64,000 nt of DNA from the NCBI GenBank assembly GCA_038087875.1, contig CM075997.1:8000001-8064000 (forward strand), in the 5' to 3' direction. Source of the stretch: Malacoraja senta (lineage: Eukaryota). Positions 12,613 to 24,584 of this stretch are shown piece by piece (within the stretch, counting starts at the first letter, position 1; each line of letters starts with the position of its first letter). Both the position numbers and the translations under genes were made by a program. The notes beneath the pieces are model-generated. The model did no database searches and was not told the origin of the DNA. It saw only the letters and a program-made list of their open reading frames with translations.

Positions 12613-12928
12613 AAGATTTATGAGGATGTTGCCTGGATGCGAAGGCCTGAGCTATGGGGTGAGGTTGAGCAAATAGGACTCTATTCGTTGGAGCGCAATA
12701 GGATTAGGAGTGATCTTATCGAGGTGTATAAAATCTTGAGAGGAATAGATCGGGTAGACGCAGTCTCTTGCCCAGAGTAGGGGAATCGAGAACCAGAGGA
12801 CACGGGTTTAAGGGATGTAGGGAAGATTTAGTAATAATCTGAACAGTAACTTTTTCACACAAAGGGGAGTAGGTGTATGGAACGAGCTGCCGGAGGAGAT
12901 AGTTCAGGCAAGTTCTATCACATTGTTT

Positions 12929-14284
12929 AAGAATCATTTCGACAGGTACATGAATAGCACAGGCTTGGAGGATTATGGGCCAAACACAGTTAGGTGGGAC
13001 TAATGGAGAGGGAGAGTTGGCGGGTGTGGACAAGTTCGAGCACAGGCTGTTGGAGATGGGCCTTTAAAGTAACTGCCTAATTACCCTGTAATGTCTGCTC
13101 TTTCCCTCACTGTTCTGCGCTTCTCAAGAGGTCAAGAAAAAGGGAAGTGAACTACTGCCAAGGTTCCCATATTTATATGCGTCTGATTGCATTTCCTCAC
13201 AGGAAACACAATGAAGCATGGATCCATATCACCAGTCCACCATGGAACCGGGAAGTGATCAGCAACTCACCGATTTTTGACAAGATCAACAAAAAGCCAA
13301 AATTTACTTCAACGATTGGTAAAGCACTCCAAAGTATGTGTGATACAAATCCTAGTAGTTTAATCCACCCCAAAGAAAAAGCTGTTTGGGAAAAATTCAA
13401 GGCTTGAAAGAAATTTCAAATCAAAAAAGTTTTTAATTTGCTCGAATCTTATTTACACGGAGGCCATATACACTTTTTATAAACTGGCTTTATTATCACT
13501 ATGTGAATTTTGGTCAACACAGCCCATGATGAGTTTGAACTTGACTGTAAATTGAATTGTTCAGCATCGGATAATGTTCACCAGTCTTGAGGTTTATCAT
13601 AAAATAATTCCACTTCTTCACCAGCCAATTAACTAAAACATTGCCTTCACAAGGACAGTGGCATTTGCAAATCTCACTTGACAAAGGCAATAACTTTGAA
13701 ACACAAACACAAAAAAAAGGAGAACTCTATGTTGAAGCAAATGTCCCTTAGTCTGAAACATTAACTGTTTCACGTTCCACAGAAATAAATACAAACAGAA
13801 AAATGCTGGAAACGCTGGGGTCAGACAGCATTTGAGGAAGGAGTAACAATTCAGGTATTCTGGAGAATTCTTAAACCCAGTCAAGTTTACTGTCATGTGC
13901 AAAATTATGATGAGTTACTGTTACAACGAATACCTTCCTTGCAGCAGCATCACAGATACACAAAAACATCTTTTCACCCACAAATTCTGCATGACTGTAA
14001 AATGGAAAAAGACTGCAAAAGAGACATCAGTGCAGGACAAAGTTTAGAAAACAAGTCCACGGTAACGCAAGAGGTAGCCTGTCGTGTTCCATTGGTAGCG
14101 GATTGCACGTTTATTTCATTTCACTTGCACTTTATGTGCAATGTGACGAATAAAACCGTATTGTATTAAAAAAATAAAGAATCATTTCGACAGGTACATG
14201 AATAGCACAGGCTTAGAGGATTATGGGCCAAACACAGTTAGGTGGGACTAATGGAGAGGGAGAGTTGGCGGGTGTGGACAAGTT
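12929..14284. repeat. 108-bp direct repeat (12929-13036, 14177-14284) flanking a 1140-bp insert
   Basis: Copies differ at one base (ggcttgg vs ggcttag); the host CR1 3' end resumes after 14284. Confidence 0.9.
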
Positions 14285-14794
14285 GAGCCGAAGAACAAGT
14301 TTCCACACTATATGATTCTATGAGAGGTGACAAGGAACATTCATGCCTCAGTAGTGCCAGGCAGTGATTCGCTCCAACTATTCTCAGTCTAAAAGGCCGA
14401 CAATGGGCGCGAGACAGCAATCGTGCCTCAATAGTGCCCGGTTATGATTATCTCCAACTAGAGGGAGTCTAACCATGAACTCCAGTAGAATTACTATTGC
14501 CAAGTACCCAACGACATTTGTTCTCCGGCACCAGATGCCCTTGTCCATCTTGGTGGGAGAGGCTGTGGATTGGGAAAGTGCTGTCAGAGTAGCCTGAGCG
14601 AGTAAATATCGTGCATACTGTAAACGGTGCACACTGTAGCCACTGTGTCGGTATGGAGGGAGGGGTATTTATGGTGGTGGAAGGGGTGCTTATCGAGCAG
14701 CTGCTTAGTCCAGGAAGGAGACCTCCTGCCTCAGGGCCACACACATCCCGGACGTCATGGAGCCAAGCAGCGGGAGGATCTCAGTGAGCCAATA

Positions 14795-16085
14795 GACAAT
14801 GGACAATACACAATAGGTGCAGGAGTAGGCCATTCGGCCCTTCGAGCCAGCACCAACATTCAATGTGATCATGGCTGATCATCCACAATCAGTACCTCGT
14901 TCCAACCTTCTCCCCATATCCTCTGACTCGGCTATCTTTAAGAGCCCTATCAAGTTCTCTCCTGAAAGTATCCAGAGAATGGGCCTCCACCGCCCTCTGA
15001 GCCAGAGAATTCGACAGACTCGCAAATCTCTGCGTGGAAAAGTGTTTCCTCATCTCCATTCTAAATGCCTTACCCCTTATTCGTAAACTGTGGCCCCTGG
15101 TTCTGTACTCCCCCAACATCAGGAAAGTTTCCTGCCTCTTGCAGGTCCAAACCTTTAATAATCTTATATGTTTCAATGAGATCCTCTCATCCTTCTAAAT
15201 TCCAGAGTATACAAGCCCAGCCGCTCCATTCTCTCAGCATATGACGGCCCTGCCATCCCGGGAATTAACCTTGTGAACCTACGCTGCACTCGCTCAATAG
15301 CAAAAATGTCCTTCCTCTAATTAGGGGACCAAAACTGCACACAGTACTCCAGGTGCGGTCTCACCAGGGCCGTGTACAACTGCAGAAGGACCTCTTTGCT
15401 CCTATACTCAACTTCTCTTGTTATGAAGGCCAACATGCCATTTGCTTTCTTCACTGCATGTTGTACCTGCATGCTTACTTTCATTGATTGACGAACAAGG
15501 ACCCCCAGATCGCATTGTACTTCCCCTTTTCCCAACTTGACACCATTTAGATAATAATCTGCCTTCCTGTTTTTGCTACCAAAGTGGATAACCTCACATT
15601 TATCCACATTAAACTTCATCTGCCATACATCTGCCCAATAACCCAAGCTGTCGAAGTCACCCTGCATCCTCATAATAATAATAATAATAATAGATTTTAT
15701 TTATATAGCTCTTTTCAGGACCCAAAGTCGCTTTACATTGAGAGTCAAGAATAAACAAAACAAAATAGAGCAGTAAGACAGAGATGCAAAGGAGAGGGGA
15801 ACATGGGACTAAGGGTATGCAGAGGTGAAGAGATGGGTCTTGAGGCGGGACTGGAAGATGGTGAGGGACTCAGAATTTCGGACCAGTTGTGGGAGGGAAT
15901 TCCAGAGCCTGGGAGCTGCCCAGCGCATCCTCCTCACAGTTCACGCTGCCACCCAGCTTTGCAAATTTGCTAATGTTACTTTGAATCCATCTAAATAATT
16001 GATGTATATTGTAAACAGCTGCGGTTCCAGCACCAAGCCTTGCGGTAACCCACTATTCACTACCTGCCATAGTGAAAGAGACTCT
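14795..16085 (-). mobile_element. CR1 LINE 3' portion interrupted by an L2 3' fragment (~15674-15921)
   Basis: GLPQGLVLEPQLFTIYIN, WQMKFNVDKC, RPHLEYCVQFWSP; the insert has a (TTA)n tail and aagcgactttg...gctatataaat end. Confidence 0.88.
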
Positions 16086-18568
16086 GCGATCCACTCTGGC
16101 TGCGATGCGCCGGCACCAACAGGACCTAGCTTTGACTCTCCCGAAACTTCGGGCCTCACACCCCCCAGACCTGCAACGGACCCCAACTCTACTTCATCCC
16201 ATGGCAGATCCATGTCTTCAATCAACGATTCCTGGCCCACCTGAGCTACACCAAGGACCTTAAAGTCGCCCGCCTCCAGGCCGCTCCTGCCACCGACACT
16301 CCGCTACTCAACCGCCTGCAGGCCCCGGGCCCCAATGCTGGCCCACGCCACCTGCCCGAACACCACCAGGCCGAGTCCCGCGACGCCATCTTGGCCACGA
16401 GGAGCAGCACCAGGACTCACCGCCTCCCGGACTGACCTCAGGCCCAGACCACCGAGGACTCCGCCGTCGCTGACCTCCACGTCGATGCTGCCGCCGACCT
16501 TCACCTGCCCACCGATGACGCCGATCCTTGCTGCCTCAACGGTAACTCTGACTATCGCCCCCTCACCGATGACGGCAATCCTCGCTACCCCCCACCCCCC
16601 CCGATTCCTCCGACTATCGCCACCAAAACGGGACTGCCGAACCTCGCCGCCACACCGGGCCCGCAGAACCTCGCCGCCTCACTGGGCCCGCAGAACCTCG
16701 CCGCCTCACTGGGCCCGCAGAACCTCGCCACCTCACTGGGTCCGCTGAACCTCGCCGCCTCACTGGGCCTGCAGAACCTCGCCACCTCACTGGGCCCGCT
16801 GAACCTCGCCGCCTCCCTGGGCCCGCAGAACCTCGCCACCTCACTGGGCCCGCAGAATCTTGCCACCTCACCGGGCCCGCAGAACCTCGCCACCTCCCTG
16901 GGCCCTCAGAACGTCGCCACCTCACTGGGCCCGCAGAACCTCGCCACCTCACAGGGCCCGCAGAATCTTGCCACCTCACTGGGCCCGTTGAACCTCGCCG
17001 CCTCACTGACCATCGGGACCTCCCACGATATGCCCGCTGACCCGGACTCCTCTTCGCGTGGGTCTCCACCATCCACTCCACCAAACGTCGCCACTCTACC
17101 GCTCTCCAGCACACCGCAGCCATCACCGTACCTGAGTCCAAGGCTCAGCACCAGGCCTGAAGTCTCCATGCTGCAGACTCCTACTCCATGGGGTTTGTCT
17201 ATGCTGGGTCCTAGTGCTAGTCCCCCTAACCCAGGGAACCTCAGTGGTTGTTCCACTGGGTCTTCCCCTTCCCCCTCAAACCATGTGACTCCAGCTCTTC
17301 CCCACCCCCAGTATGGTCCTTATACCCCCTCCCTCCCTGACCAACCACCACCCCCCCACCAGACATTGCCTCTGCCCTAATCTACTCACCTGCCTTCCTC
17401 CAGCCTCAACCCCCATCATTGCCATGTGTTCACCATCCCCCCTGACCTCCCCCTCTCTTATACCGAACAGTCTGTCCTCAGCAGAGGCTTTGCCTTTGTC
17501 CCCCTTCGTCCCCACCTCAATAAGTTCCGCGCCCGCCACGATGTGGAGCTCTTCCTCCGTCGCCTCTGCCTCAAAGCGTTCTTCTATGGGAAGGAGTCCT
17601 CGTCCCCCCATTGATGACCCCTTCTCCCATCTCCAACGGACCCCCTCCTCTTGGACTCGAGCCCCGCACGGCCCGATTTTACCTTCTCCCTAAATTCCAC
17701 CAACCTGACTGTCCTGGTAGACCCATTGTTCCTGCCTGTTCTTGTCCTACCGAACTTATTTCCACATACATCGACTGCATCCTATCCCCCCTGGTTAAAT
17801 CCCTCCCTACCTATTGTTCAAGACACCGCACACGCTCTTCGTCGACTCCAGGAGCTCCATTTTTTACGCCCCAATTCCCTCATCTTCACCATGGATGCCC
17901 AGTTACTCTACACCTCCATCCCCCACCAGGAGGGTCTCAAAGCCCTCCATTTCTTCCTCGATCGGAGAAGCAACCAATCCCTGTCTACTGATACTCTCCT
18001 CCACCTATTGGAGCTGGTCCTTACCATTAATAACTTTTCGTTTGACTCCTCCCATTTCCTCCAAATACAAAGCGTAGCTATGGGCCCTAGCTATGCCCTG
18101 CCTCTTTGTAGGATACATCGAACAATCCTCGTTCAAGACGTACAGTGGCCCGATCCCCGAACTCTACCTCCGCTACATCGACAACTGCATTGGTGCTACC
18201 TCCTGCACCCACACACAACTCACTGACTTCATCCATTTCACCACTAACTCCGACATTTCCCTACCATTTCTTGACCTGACTATCTCCTTCGCAGTAGATA
18301 GACTCCTGACCGACATCCACTATAAACTCACTGATTCCCATGGCTATCAGGACCACACTTCTTCCCACCCTACTTCCTGTAAGGACTCCATCCTCTACTC
18401 CCAATTCCTCCGTCTATGCCGCACCTGCACCCAGGATGAGGTGTTCCACACCAGGGCATTGGAGATGTCCTGATTCTTCAGGGAACGGGGGTTCCCCTCC
18501 TCTACCATAGATGAGGCTCTCACCAGGGTCTCTTCTATACCCCGTGACTCTACTCTCACTCCTCATCC
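16086..18568 (+). mobile_element. Penelope-like element, N-terminal region and RT, degenerate
   Basis: FTIPPDLPLS...LSRG, ARFYLLPKFH..PGRPIV, FTMDAQLLYTSIP, VAMGPSYA, LRYIDN (YIDD mutated), FLDLTI; multiple frameshifts. Confidence 0.9.
16639..17008. repeat. 27-bp minisatellite, about 13.7 copies
   Basis: Unit gaacctcgcc(g/a)cctcactgggcccgca with exact 27-bp phasing from 16639 to 16990. Confidence 0.95.
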
Positions 18569-18587
18569 TAGAGTTAGAAGAAATGCC

Positions 18588-19091
18588 GTGGTGATAGGGG
18601 ATAGTATTATTCGGGGGGTAGATAAGGTTCTCTGCGGCCAGCAGAACATGTCCCGAAGGCTGTGTTGCCTACCCGGTGCTAGGGTTAAGGATATCTCTGC
18701 GATGCTGGAGAGAAATTTGCAGAGTGAGGGGGAGGATCCAGTGGTCGTGGTCCATGTGGGGACCAATGACATAGGAAGGACGAGGAAGGAGGATCTGCTG
18801 AACGAGTTTGAGCAGTTAGGGAATAAATTAAAAAGCAGAACCTCGAGGGTACTGATCTCCGGATTGCTACCTGAGCCACGGGCCAAATCGGCGAGGGTAC
18901 GAAAAATTAAAAAGCTGAATGCGTGGCTCAAAGACTGGTGTGGGAAAAATGGGTTTGGTTTCTTGGGCCACTGGCACCAGTACTGGGACAGGGGGGATCT
19001 GTTCTGTAAGGACGGACTTCACCTGAACGGTGCTGGGACTGGGGTCCTGGCAAATCATATAACTAGGGCAGTAGAGAGGTCTTTAAACTAA
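18588..19091 (+). CDS. CR1 ORF1 SGNH-esterase-like domain (partial)
   Basis: GDS, HVGTND and DGLHLN motifs. Confidence 0.88.
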   Translation: MVIGDSIIRGVDKVLCGQQNMSRRLCCLPGARVKDISAMLERNLQSEGEDPVVVVHVGTNDIGRTRKEDLLNEFEQLGNKLKSRTSRVLISGLLPEPRAKSARVRKIKKLNAWLKDWCGKNGFGFLGHWHQYWDRGDLFCKDGLHLNGAGTGVLANHITRAVERSLN

Positions 19092-19180
19092 GTAGCGGGG
19101 GGGAGGTATCAAGGGGGGTAATAACGGCAGGGGTAGAGGAAATAGAGCAGGGTATCAGTGGGGAAACGGAAAATCAAAAT

Positions 19181-22076
19181 GTGACAGGAGGATCCAGAAT
19201 GTGTGAAGATAAAGCTCTAGATGTAAAAGGGGCAAAAATAGAAAGGAAGGGTAGTAAAAATCATCTGAAAGTGCTGTATCTAAATGCACGGAGTATTCGA
19301 AATAAGATAAATGAATTAACGGTGCAATTAAGTACATATAGTTATGATATCGTGGCCATTATGGAGACATGGCTGCAAGGGGATCAGGATTGGGAGTTAA
19401 ATATAGAGGGGTACTCGACAATTAGAAAAGATAGACAGGAAAGAAAGGGAGGAGGGGTGGCCCTTTTAATAAGGGAGGGAATAACGGCAATAGAGAGGAA
19501 GGATATTGCGTTGAAGGATCAGGATAGTGAAACAGCTTGGGTACAGATAGAGAATAACAAGGGGAAAAAAAACACTAGTGGGTGTAATTTATAGACCTCC
19601 AAATAGCTGTGACGCTGTTAGTCAGAACATAAATCTGCAAATAGTTGACGCATGTAAAAAGGGAACTGCTGTAATCATGGGGGACTTCAATTTTCATATT
19701 AATTGGGCAAACCAAACTGGGCAGGGTAGACTAGAGGAAGAGTTTATAGAATGTATTAGAGACGGGTTCCTAGAACAGTATGTCACAGAACCGACAAGGA
19801 GGGAGGCAATCTTGGATCTGGTCCTGTGTAATGAAGCAGGATTAATTAAAAATGTCATAGTTAGGGACTCGTTGGGAACAAGTGACCACAATATGGTCGA
19901 ATTCCATATTCAAATAGAAGGAGAGCAGGTTGAAACTCAGGCTAGGGTACTTAGTCTAAATAAAGGGGATTATGAAGGTATGAGGACTGAGCTGATCAAA
20001 GTTGACTGGGATAGCAGACTCAAGAATAAGACGGTACATGAGCAGTGGTGTACGTTTAAGGATCTACTGTATAACCTTCAAGAAAAATTTATTCCTATGA
20101 AGAAAAAAAGGGGTAAGGGAAAGAACAGTCAGCCATGGCTCAGTAAAACTATAAAGGATAGTATTCGGCTGAAGGCAAGGGCATATAAGGTAGCTAGAGA
20201 TAGTGGGAGGGTAGAGGATTGGGAAGCATTTAAAGGTCAGCAAAAAATAACTAAGAGATTAATTAAGACGGGGAAAATAGACTATGAAAGGAATTTAGCG
20301 AACAACATAAAAACTAATAGTAAGAGTTTTTATAGCTATATAAAAAGAAAAAGGGTGGCTAAGGTGAACGTTGGTCCATTGGAGGGTGAGACTGGAGAGT
20401 TGTTGGTGGGGAACATGGAAATGGCAAAGGCATTAAACGAGTATTTTGTATCAGTCTTCACCATAGAAGACACAAAAAATATTCCAACGCTGGATAAACA
20501 GGGGGCGGTAGGAATGGAGGAGCTAAATACTATTAAGATCACCAAGGAGGTGGTATTAGGGAAATTAATGAGACTGAAGGAGGATAAATCCCCTGGGCCT
20601 GATGGATTACATCCAAGGGTCTTGAGGGAGATAGCGGTGGGGATTGTGGATGCATTGGTGATAATTTTCCAAAACTCCCTGGAGGCAGGAACGGTCCCAG
20701 TGGATTGGAAAATGGCCAATGTAACACCTATATTTAAAAAAGGAAGTAAACAGAAGGCGGGTAACTATAGACCGGTTAGTCTAACATCGGTGGTGGGTAA
20801 AATGTTAGAGACAATTATTAAAGAAACACTAACGGGGCACTTGGATAAACATGACTTCATCGGACAGAACCAGCATGGTTTTGTGAAGGGGAAGTCCTGT
20901 TTAACGAATCTGCTCGAATTCTTTGAGGAAGTAACAACCCGGGTGGATAAAGGGGAACCGGTGGATGTGGTATACTTGGACTTCCAAAAGGCTTTTGACA
21001 AGGTGCCACATAAGAGACTATTGCTAAAAATAAAAAATTATGGGATTGGGGGTAATATATTAGCATGGGTAGAGGATTGGCTAACAAATAGGAAGCAGAG
21101 AGTGGGGATAAATGGTTCATACTCGGGATGGCAACCGGTAACTAGCGGGGTTCCGCAAGGGTCGGTGCTGGGACCCCAGTTGTTCACAATTTATATAAAT
21201 GATTTGGAGGAGGGAACCAAGTGTAATATATCAAAATTTGCGGACGATACAAAAATGGGAGGAAAAGTAGGGGATGAGGAGGATAGGAAGAGTCTGCAAA
21301 AGGATATAGATAAGCTAGGTGAGTGGGCAACAACTTGGCAGATGAAATTTAATACTAATAAATGTGAAGTCATTCACTTTGGGAAAAAAAATGATAGGGC
21401 AAGTTATTTTCTAAATGAGGTGGAGCTGCGTTGTAATGCAACGCAAAGGGATCTAGGGGTAGTAGTACATGAATCACTAAAAGTTAGTATGCAGGTGCAG
21501 CAAGCAATCAGGAAGGCCAATGGAGTTTTGGCCTTTATTGCTAGGGGGATTGAGTATAAAAACACGGAGGTCTTGCTGCAGCTGTACACAGTATTAGTGA
21601 GACCACATTTGGAATACTGTGTACAGTTCTGGGGTCCATACTTAAGAAAGGATGTACTGGCCCTGGAGGCAGTGCAGCGAAGGTTTACAAGATTAATTCC
21701 TGCAATGAGGGGATTGACATATGAGGAAAGGTTAAGTAGGCTGGAACTCTACTCTTTGGAGTTTAGAAGAATGAGAGGCGATCTCATTGAAACATATAAG
21801 ATCGTGAGGGGCCTTGATCGGGTGGATGCACCGAGGATGTTCCCAATGATCGGGGAAACTAGAACTAGGGGACATAGTTGTAGAATAAGAGGGGGCTCTT
21901 TTAAAACTGAGATGAGGAAGAACTTCTTCATCCAGAGGGTGGTTAATTTATGGAATTCACTGCCCCAGGGAGCAGTGGAAGCAGAAACATTAAATATATT
22001 TAAGTCTAAAATAGATGGTTTTTTAGCTGCCAAGGGGATAAGGGGCTACGGGGAGAGGGCAGGGATATGGACCTAG
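19181..22076 (+). CDS. CR1 ORF2 (APE endonuclease + RT), one +1 frameshift in the A8 run at 19565-19572
   Basis: YLNARSI, ETWL, YRPP, GDFN, SDH, GVPQGSVLGP, FADD; removing one A gives NKGKKTLVGVIYRPP and joins the 137-aa and 832-aa ORFs. Confidence 0.92.
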
Positions 22077-22410
22077 GTATGGTTAGTATAGTAAGACCTG
22101 AGTGATCTCCTGGACAAGTGTCGATCGCCTGGATTGGGGTCGGAGAGGAATTTCCCGGATTTTTTTCCCGAATTGGACCTGGGTTTTTATCCGTTTTTTT
22201 GCCTCCCCCAGGAGATCACGCGGTTCTTGGGGTGGAGAGGGGTGATAGCGATATAAAGGGGAGGGTAGTGTCTTGTGTTCTGTGTCTTGTGTCTACTGTT
22301 TGTGGGTAAGGGTGTCTGTTTAGTGTTCAGCCATGAGCGAATGGCGGTGCGGGCTCGATGGGCCTGGTGGTCTACTCTCGCACCTACTTTCTATGTTTCT
22401 ATGTTTCTAT

Positions 22411-24080
22411 TACTGTGGACCAGCTTTTTGTAGGGGAGTCTTGAAATCTTATGAGCACTTGCAGAATTAATTTGGACTATCAGAGTCGGATTTCTTTAGG
22501 TTCCTCCAAATACGGCACTACTTACAAACACATGTAGATTGGGAGCAGATATGTAGAGTATCTTCAAATTTGGAAAATACTTTCTTGATCACTATAGTGG
22601 GAGTGTTACAAAAGAATTTGATATCCCATTTACATCAAGGACTTCAAGACTATAAAAAAGGAAATACTATCGGAACAAAACAGAAATGGGAATTGGAAAT
22701 GAACATTATTATAGGTGGGTGGGCGGCGCGACTCACGTCGCAGCGGCCTCTGCAGTCCGTCTGTCTTTTTTTTATTCTTTGTCTCGTTTGAGTGTAGTGT
22801 ATAGTGGGGGTTTTTAAAACTGGGTGTGTATGGGTGGGGGTGGGTGGGGAAAGTTTTAAAATCTTTTCCTTGTATGGAGGACCCGACCTTTCTCTGTCGG
22901 GTCTCCGTTGTCGTTGGGGCCTAGCACCGTGGAGCGGCCTCCAACCGGAACGACCTGGGGCTCCAGTCGCGGAGCCTGCGGACTACTCACCATCGTGGAG
23001 CTGGCCGAGTTCGGAGCGTGGAGAGCTGCGGTGACGCGCGGCTGTGACCCGACCCCGGAGATTCGGAGGCTCCAGCCGCAGGTCTGGTGGACGGTAACAT
23101 CGGGAGCTCGCGGGTCCATGGTGGGAGACCGCTTTTCGGAGCTCCCGCAACGGCAGCTTCTCCCGCCCGAGTTGCGGGGTTGAAGATGACCTGGAGCGGG
23201 GTCTAACATCGCCCGACGCGGCTTTAATGGCCGCTGGACTTGCTAGCGCTACCGGGGGCTCCAACATCAAGACCCCGAGGGCGGCCTTGCATTGCGCAGC
23301 ACGGCCTGAATGGCCGCGGGGCTTACTTACCATCGCCCGCCGGGGGCTTTGACTTTGACATCGGGAGGAGAATGGGGAGTGCAGGGGAGAGATAAGACTT
23401 TGCCTTCCATCACAGCGAGGAGGAGATTCGCTGTGATGGATGTTTGTGTAAATTGTGTTGTGTCTTGGTTCTTCTACTTGTTTGTATGACTGCAGAAACC
23501 AAATTTCGTTTGAACCTCAATGAGGTTCAAATGACAACGACTAAATTATATCATTGTATCATTGTATCATCATTATTACAGATGAAATATCGGAAAGGAC
23601 ATGTCTCTTGGGCCATAAGCTGACAAGCAGCCCCTCTTGGAGGGAGTTCGATTGGAAAATTAAAATGAGAGCATTTAGGACCTCTCTAATGCTGGCAAGG
23701 TACATCAACACCTCAAATTTATGCTGGAGACAATGTGGGAAGATCGGTGATCACATACATATTTTTTGGGATTATCCCAAATTGTACCAATATTGGAGAG
23801 ACATCCAGGTGGACATTAAATTAATTCTGGGAGTGGATCTACCTTTGGAACCGGCTTGTTTCATGTTAGGAGACACTCCAGCAGTGACAGATATTCAAAA
23901 TCGGAAATATTTGCTTGGGGTGATGCTGTTGATTGCTAAAAACATGATAACAGTGATATGGAGAAATGAAATGCCGCCAAATGTTCAACAATGGAGGGAA
24001 AGATTGAAAAATGTACACTTGATGGAAAGTATAACTGCTAAACTCCACTTGAGGACTAATGCCTTTAAAGTGTTATGGGA
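22411..24080 (+). mobile_element. L1-clade ORF2 3' fragment split by an insertion
   Basis: KQKWELEMNIII|TDEI continuity across the insert; CWRQCG...HIFW cysteine-rich motif. Confidence 0.8.
22712..23570 (+). mobile_element. GC-rich non-coding retroelement, copy A
   Basis: 8-bp TSD cattatta (22704-22711, 23571-23578); terminal hairpin tttgaacctc-aat-gaggttcaaa and (tgtatcat)n tail. Confidence 0.8.
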
Positions 24081-24584
24081 TGATCGGTGGCTGGCGCGGA
24101 CTCGGTGAGCAGAAGGGCCTGTTTCCATGTTGTATCTTTCAATCAATCAACCAAGTACACAAAGCGGCCCTTTGGCCCGCTTGTCCATGTCGGCGAAAAT
24201 GTCCAATCTACGCTAGTCCCATACGGCCCATGGTGTCCCACATCCAGCTAAATCATTCCTAACCATATGCCTGGCCAAATACATTCTTGCATGTTGTTAT
24301 TGTACCTGCTTCAATTATGACCGCTCGCATCGTGTTCCATATATTCATAAAATCCGTCTGTTTGTGCGGTCGGACGTGATGAAACGCTTGGCTAAATGGA
24401 AAGGGGGCGGGTGTGAGTAGGTATATTATACGGAGTAACACTATGCACAGAGACGGTGGTATCAGTACAACTCGAGTTACTCTTTAAGGATATACCATCT
24501 GGACACGTTGGGATGTGTCTTAGTTTGTTTAGAAACCTGAAAAAACGAGGGAGCCGAAAGATATAATAATCCGTTCATCAATAT

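Larger units (their letters stand above)
18569..22410 (+). mobile_element. Young CR1 LINE (HER1-like), truncated within ORF1
   Basis: ORF1 esterase and ORF2 APE-RT; (tttctatg)n tail at ~22388-22410. Confidence 0.95.

Noticed and set aside
13197..13400. Hydrophobic 67-aa ORF as a small membrane protein or extra NCKAP1L exon
   Set aside because: No recognisable homology or clear splice sites; exons 1 and 2 already join with no missing residues.
14340..14462. Two diverged ~35-bp repeats (gcctca.tagtgcc.gg...ctccaacta)
   Set aside because: Only two copies and no further structure; probably a small old duplication.
16639..17008. Regular repeat array resembling CRISPR
   Set aside because: Units are head-to-tail with no unique spacers, there are no cas genes, and the context is vertebrate.
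18588..19091. Host SGNH lipase/esterase gene
   Set aside because: It is CR1 ORF1, directly upstream of ORF2 and repeated at 37590 and 48865.
22804..23333. GC-rich ORFs in the non-coding element copies (also 38664-39193, 58220-58893)
   Set aside because: No reading frame is conserved among the three homologous copies; they are open because of high GC.
24400..24432. GC-box plus TATA-like sequence as the GPCR promoter
   Set aside because: About 10 kb from the ATG, with only short motifs and no supporting exon.
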